DNA from: Eledone cirrhosa
Lineage: Eukaryota
Direction: 5' to 3'
Assembly: GCA_964016885.1 (NCBI GenBank)
Contig: OZ024743.1
Location: 108,934,001-108,998,000 of the forward strand
Length of the DNA stretch: 64,000 nt
In this document: one piece after another, positions 56,791 to 64,000 of the stretch
Position numbering within the stretch: position 1 is the first letter of the stretch
Layout: each line of letters begins with the position of its first letter
Position numbers and translations under genes: made by a program
Notes under the pieces: generated by a model
The model's input: only the letters and a program-made list of their open reading frames with translations
Told to the model about the DNA's origin: nothing
The model's database searches: none

Positions 56791-58560
56791 GTAAATTTCT
56801 TTAAGTCGTTTGGAAGCCTCGACAATGCAGATGGGTAAATCTCCGGGTAACAAGATCCGGTGGTGGAGAGAGAGATGTAAGTGGGTGTACGTTAAGATGC
56901 GTAGCGTGTAGAAGACTGTAGCATGTAGAATAATCTAGGTAAGAGCGTAAAGGATAAAAATAAAAATTAAAATAACACGAGATAGGGTTACCTTGGGAGA
57001 GATTTAATTGTCCCTATATATCTCGGATTCACATCCATCAAATGAGTTTTTTTTCCGGGAGGGGGGGCGGTTGTCTGTAGGAAAGGTGCGAAACGTGTCC
57101 TCCGCTGTTTGTTGTTTTGAATATCTGAGGCATACAGCAGAGCGCGCGTGCGCGTGATTGGGATCGGTCAAGCAGAGATCAGCGGCCGAAATAGTTCTTT
57201 CAATTGTGGGAGTGGGGTGGTGCTAGCTGTCAATCCACAGTATTCTCTGCCTCTATGGTAAATGATACTGTGTGTGTGTGTGTGTGTGTTGTTGCCTTGT
57301 TCCTCTGTATTGGCAGTGTAGTATGTTCGTATGGTGGAATGCTACTGTATGTGTGTGCGTGTGTAGCTGGCTCGCTTGTGTGTGCGTGTGCGTGTGTGGC
57401 TGCATCGTTTGTGAAATTAAACCAACCACCTCATTTCGCTTCTCTCGGATGGGTTGTTTAATTGTGGACCTAGGCTTTTGATCCAAAGTGCTTCCTTGAT
57501 ACGTAATGTGCCGACGTTTCTTTCTGTCGCTAGAATTGTGACAATGGGCCTTCCGTCTTTGCTTGCGCATTTGGCTATGTGTTTTCGGAAAGACGAGGCC
57601 CTGGTGTTAGTGTGCTCCTTGATATGGATGTGCAGCGGCCGGATTGGGCTACCTATATAGTATTGGTTGCACTTGTTACATTCTATCTTATACACGACGT
57701 ATGTGCGTAAGGAACAGTTCGCATGGCGCATCGGGCAGTCTCTGAAGGAGCACACGTCAGTTGATTTCCCGGGTTTCCTGGTGAGGCATCTTCGCAGCGA
57801 GGGGCCCGAGTGGGCCAGGGAAATGTCGAGGCCCTCCCTATCCTATCCTTGCGGATAGCGTTGGTGGTATTCTCGCCCAGGTGTGGCATTTTAAGGAAGC
57901 ACTTGCCTTGGGTGCCTCTCTGTCTTTTGCGTCTGGTGTCTCCTATTCTGTCTGTGAGCGAGGTAGGGTACCCGTTCGTCTCCAGCACCTCGAGGAATCG
58001 CTTGGTATGAGTGACACCACTCGCGGGATCGCTGCATCTGTTTTTGATTCGTGCGATCTCTTTCGTGATGTATCCTCTTTTGGCACTGTTAGGGAGGGCG
58101 GACTTGTAGTGGTCGAACAGGTCCCTGCAGGCTGCCTTTAAGCAGAACTTGCAGTCGATCCCTCCCCGTTCCGTGATGTTGATACGGAAGTGACCCGTCG
58201 TCGTTGGGGTGTTCAACACTGAAGTCAATGTTCTCGTACGTGTTGTTGAACGTCTCATAGATTCTGTTCGCCATGCCTTGGGAAGATGTGAGGATGAGGA
58301 TATCGTCCACGTACCTTGAGAAAAAGGCGACGGCGTTGTGGTGGCAGGCGATGAGTGCCTTGCGCTCGAGGCTCTCCATGTAAGAGATCGCTAGCACACC
58401 CGACAAGCTTGATCCCATGGACAGTCCCAAGGTTTGCTGGTATGTTTGGTCAAGGAATCTGAAGTAGGTGTTGTTGACGATGATGGATAGCAGTTGGTGG
58501 ATGTCAGTGTTGGTGAGCCCGAAGGAGTGTAGCTCGGTGGATTGGACGCGTTCCATCCGT
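56791..58560 (-). mobile_element. PLE with RT and C-terminal GIY-YIG (Penelope/Poseidon- or Nematis-like), 5'-truncated
   Basis: YQQTLGLSMGSSLSGVLAISYME...FSRYVDDIL...IDFSVE; C..DC....C...VVYKIECNKCNQYYIGS.IRPLHIHIKEH...LRIKEALWIK...PQLN. The 3' UTR runs to (TA)n at 56790. Confidence 0.92.
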
Positions 58561-58844
58561 ATATTAACGGCCGGGAATTTCCGGGACCGAGGTTTACGTG
58601 CGTTCTAAGGTGTGAGAATGTGTACAGATAATGTAGATATCGATAGTCGAGTAGCCTGGAGCTCGCCAAACCATACCGAGGTAACAATGTTTCCACTGCT
58701 AATACTATCTGTCGGACGCAACTCCAGGCAGAAGGAGCAACGTGAAATAAACACATTTCCATGTCTGGGAATCGAAATCACGATTGTGAATCCACCTGTC
58801 AAACGACTGAGCCAGGAGCCACGCTCTTTCACTAACATATATAC

Positions 58845-58949
<105 letters not shown>

Positions 58950-59203
58950 ATGTGGAGAGAGAGGGATAAATAGAGAGAGAGAGATATGTATATATAGAGA
59001 GAGACTTGACTTTCATGCACCATAGTTATGGTATTTTCGCTGTCTCACGATGAATATTTTTATTGCACATACTAACGATGTTTGTCATAGGAATATACAA
59101 ATATATATACAAAATATAAAATTACACACATTAAAAAAAAACAGTATAAACGCACGCATGCATATATACACACACACGTATATGTATATATATTTATATA
59201 TAT

Positions 59204-59237
<34 letters not shown>

Positions 59238-59498
59238 GTGTGTGTACATGTATATGTGTGTATAATACACATATATAATATATAAATATATATATATAGT
59301 GAGTTAGAGTTTGTGTATATATTTATGTGTAAGCTTTTATGTTTTGCATTGTTCCCTTCAATAGCGCATATTTGTATTCTTTTATGATATTTTCATAGTA
59401 TGAAAATATTTAGGTGTGAATGAACATGTTCATGCTTAACATACATAATTATACACACAACAAGGATACACACACACATACACACAATCACACACACT

Positions 59499-59567
<69 letters not shown>

Positions 59568-59718
59568 TTATATAACTATATATACGCATGCATAGGTTTA
59601 CGCGCACGCAGGTACACAAACAGACACATTCATATGCGTATAAATGTTACTTTGGAATGAATATATGTACGTACATTTTTTTACACTCACAGACACCCAT
59701 GCCTCCCATATATATATA

Positions 59719-59774
<56 letters not shown>

Positions 59775-60122
59775 GTATAGCAATATATAAATATATCGTA
59801 TGTGTATGAAGGTCTATGTGTATAATATATTTTTTTTATTATTCGGTAATACGGACAACTTAGGCTTAATGGTCCGTTCCAAACTGTCATGAAAAGTAAT
59901 ATTATTGATGAGTGACTTTAGTATAGAGAGATGCTAATGTATCATTATCTCCCTTACAGGCCTATTAATACCCTACCACTAGTAGCTAGACATTCTGTTT
60001 AATCTTTTACGATATACACTTGATTTATATCGTGATAACATCTTGCTTCATTCCATTCTTTGTTCTACTCATATATATACATTCCTACACACACATTTGT
60101 GTGTATGTATATATATATGTAT

Positions 60123-61037
<915 letters not shown>

Positions 61038-61060
61038 ATATATATATATATATACATATA

Positions 61061-61924
61061 CGAGGTGTGTCAGAAAAGTTCCAGGACTGATGTCACAAAA
61101 GATGTATTTCAATGTAATCCCCCTGGAGCCTAATGCACTTTTGCATCCTTTGCTGCCACGCTTGCATGCACTCCTGGAAGGATTCTTCCGGTATCCTCCG
61201 CAGTTCTTAGGTCACGGCCTTTTTGATGTCGACCACGTCTTCAAAACGGGTCCCATCCGGGTCGTACTCTAAGATCCATGACTCATCACCGGTGATGACT
61301 TTCCCTAGCATGTCTGGTTCGGTTTCAAGACGCTCGACGATGTCCTGGCACATTTGCATGCGTCGACCATTCTAGTTATCGTTCAGCAGTTTTGGCGCCA
61401 TCTTCGCGCAGACTTTCCGCATTTCAAAATCTTCAGTGAGAATCTTTCGGACGCTGTCCCGATTCATGCTCAGGTCATTTGCCATCAGTCGGACAGTCAG
61501 CCGAAGATCGCTACACACCATCTGCCTGACGCGTTCAACGTTGACCGCAGTCCTGGTTGTTGAGGGCATTCCGCTCCTGGGGTCATCTTCCGCGTCCTCG
61601 CGTCCTTCTTTAAACCTCTTTCACAACTCAAAAACACGTGAGCGTGACATCGTCTTATCTACATACACATGCTGCAGCGGAGTATTCTCCAACCGCACCA
61701 GAAACTTCAAGTTTGTTCCTTGCTCTGTGCTCATTGCTTACCGACCTGAAATTGCGGACATATATATAAAATTGTGAAGAAAATATTTTGATGCTGCAGA
61801 GATCTAAGAATACAGTCACATACTCCAGGGGGATTACTTTGAAGGAGAAAACTTTTAGTGTGAATTTTGAGTTTGAAATAAATCTTTTGTGACATCAGTC
61901 CTGGAACCTTTCTGACACATCTAG
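61061..61924 (-). mobile_element. Mariner DNA transposon, internally deleted
   Basis: ~43-bp TIRs (cgaggtgtgtcagaaaagttccaggactgatgtcacaaaagat) and TA flanks. Transposase pieces EDDPRSG.PST, RKVCAKMAPKLL, VITGDESWI and WQQRMQKCIRLQGDYIE. Confidence 0.95.
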
Positions 61925-61944
61925 TATATATATATATATATACA

Positions 61945-62588
61945 CCGACAACACTACCAAAATAATGGTAGAGGTCAAATGTACTGAACAATAGCAAGCA
62001 AAAATACTACAGGGAGCCTCACCCCAGAAAGAATTCAATAAACTTCTGACTGAGGAATGCTCTCAGAACTGACCAATGGGAAGTTTGACACTTTTTTGTT
62101 ATTTTGTTCCTTTAACACCTTGTCCCTTCTACCATTTTATCAACTTGTTAAGCTAACTCCAACAATAACAACACGTAGAATGAGGAATGTTCTAATGACT
62201 GACCAATGAGAGGAGAAGAGGATCATTGACACTGAAATTCGTTTGTTTGAATTCATATGACTCCAGTTCCACAGTGAAATAACAACCCGAAAAGTAACTG
62301 GGGATATCAGAGTATTGACCAATGTATTGACAATATTATACACCTCAGCAACATATGTACTTGTCTATACCATACTAATTCAAACTGCCTGAAGAGGTCA
62401 TAGCCAAAAATGGCTGTGACTGAAATATATATAGCAGTAATAAAGGAGGCTAAATTTTAATCATGTGACTTTTATTTAACTTTATTTTACACTACTCCTG
62501 AGTAACCAAACCAACCTGCGCACTTCGTCGAGTGCTCCATAATGCATACTGAGGTGTTGGGATACAACCAACATAAACTCAAAATCTA
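61945..62588 (+). mobile_element. PLE-type 3' end with HHR and tail
   Basis: Contains the HHR at 62384-62438, AATAAA and a tail (tactcctgagtaa...acctgcgcactt..gagtgctc) shared with 52364-52460. Ends at (TA)n. Confidence 0.7.
62384..62438 (+). ncRNA. Hammerhead ribozyme, compact type I, intact
   Basis: Stem I actgc/gcagt; CTGAAGA 62389-62395; stem II ggtcatagcc/ggctgtgact; GAAA 62422-62425; palindromic stem III TATATA; ATA site, cleavage predicted after 62433. Confidence 0.82.
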
Positions 62589-62622
62589 TATATATGTACA
62601 TATATATATATATATATATATA

Positions 62623-63787
<1,165 letters not shown>

Positions 63788-64000
63788 TATATATATATAT
63801 TAAAATAACAGATTAAAGTTTAAGAAAAAGAATCGCAGCTTTCACCCTTAACGGGATCATCTGAAACTAAATAAATCGATCTGTGAACGCAGAAGTAAGT
63901 ATTACTATTATTATTATTATTATTTTTATTATTATTATTGGCAACCTCTTTAGTAAATCGTATCATCGTGAGCTCCACAACTGTTTGTTATTTTCAGTTA

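Noticed and set aside
57010-57045. HHR at the 3' end of the 56791-58560 PLE
   Set aside because: The position and ggat/atcc stem are suggestive, but both core boxes are altered (GAGA, no CUGANGA).
63836-63863. Minus-strand minimal HHR (CAGATGA-tcccgttaagggt-GAAAGCTG)
   Set aside because: U4 is mutated, there is a G at the cleavage position, and there is no stem I.

Overview
AT-rich, microsatellite-dense eukaryotic DNA with no intact protein-coding gene that I can support. The tRNA-derived SINE family and repeat landscape look like an octopod (cephalopod) genome; this is recognition from memory, not a database result. Most ORFs in the track are translations of (TA)n/(CA)n/(GA)n repeats. The window is dominated by decayed mobile elements: several Penelope-like elements (PLEs; RT plus C-terminal GIY-YIG, of at least three types), five remnants of one Tx1/L1-like LINE family, RTE-type LINEs, a CR1/L2-type remnant, an internally deleted mariner, Helitron-like ends and about a dozen SINEs. 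There is also a probable decayed SLC10 (Na+/bile-acid symporter-like) pseudogene. The most interesting signal is non-coding. Many short islands between (TA)n tracts carry type I hammerhead ribozyme (HHR) motifs (stem I-CUGANGA-stem II-GAAA-palindromic stem III-NUH). These islands repeatedly show one architecture: inverted head, then tandem or partial unit, then a (TA)n junction. The clearest case is an ORF-less 522-bp unit with one HHR per monomer (62671-63652, with a diverged copy at 24107-24523 showing compensatory base changes). Similar units with 578-bp and 260-bp periods occur, the latter containing a tRNA-like Pol III module. Together they suggest PLE-mobilised, TA-microsatellite-targeting retrozyme-like RNAs. 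Boundaries of old elements are approximate.
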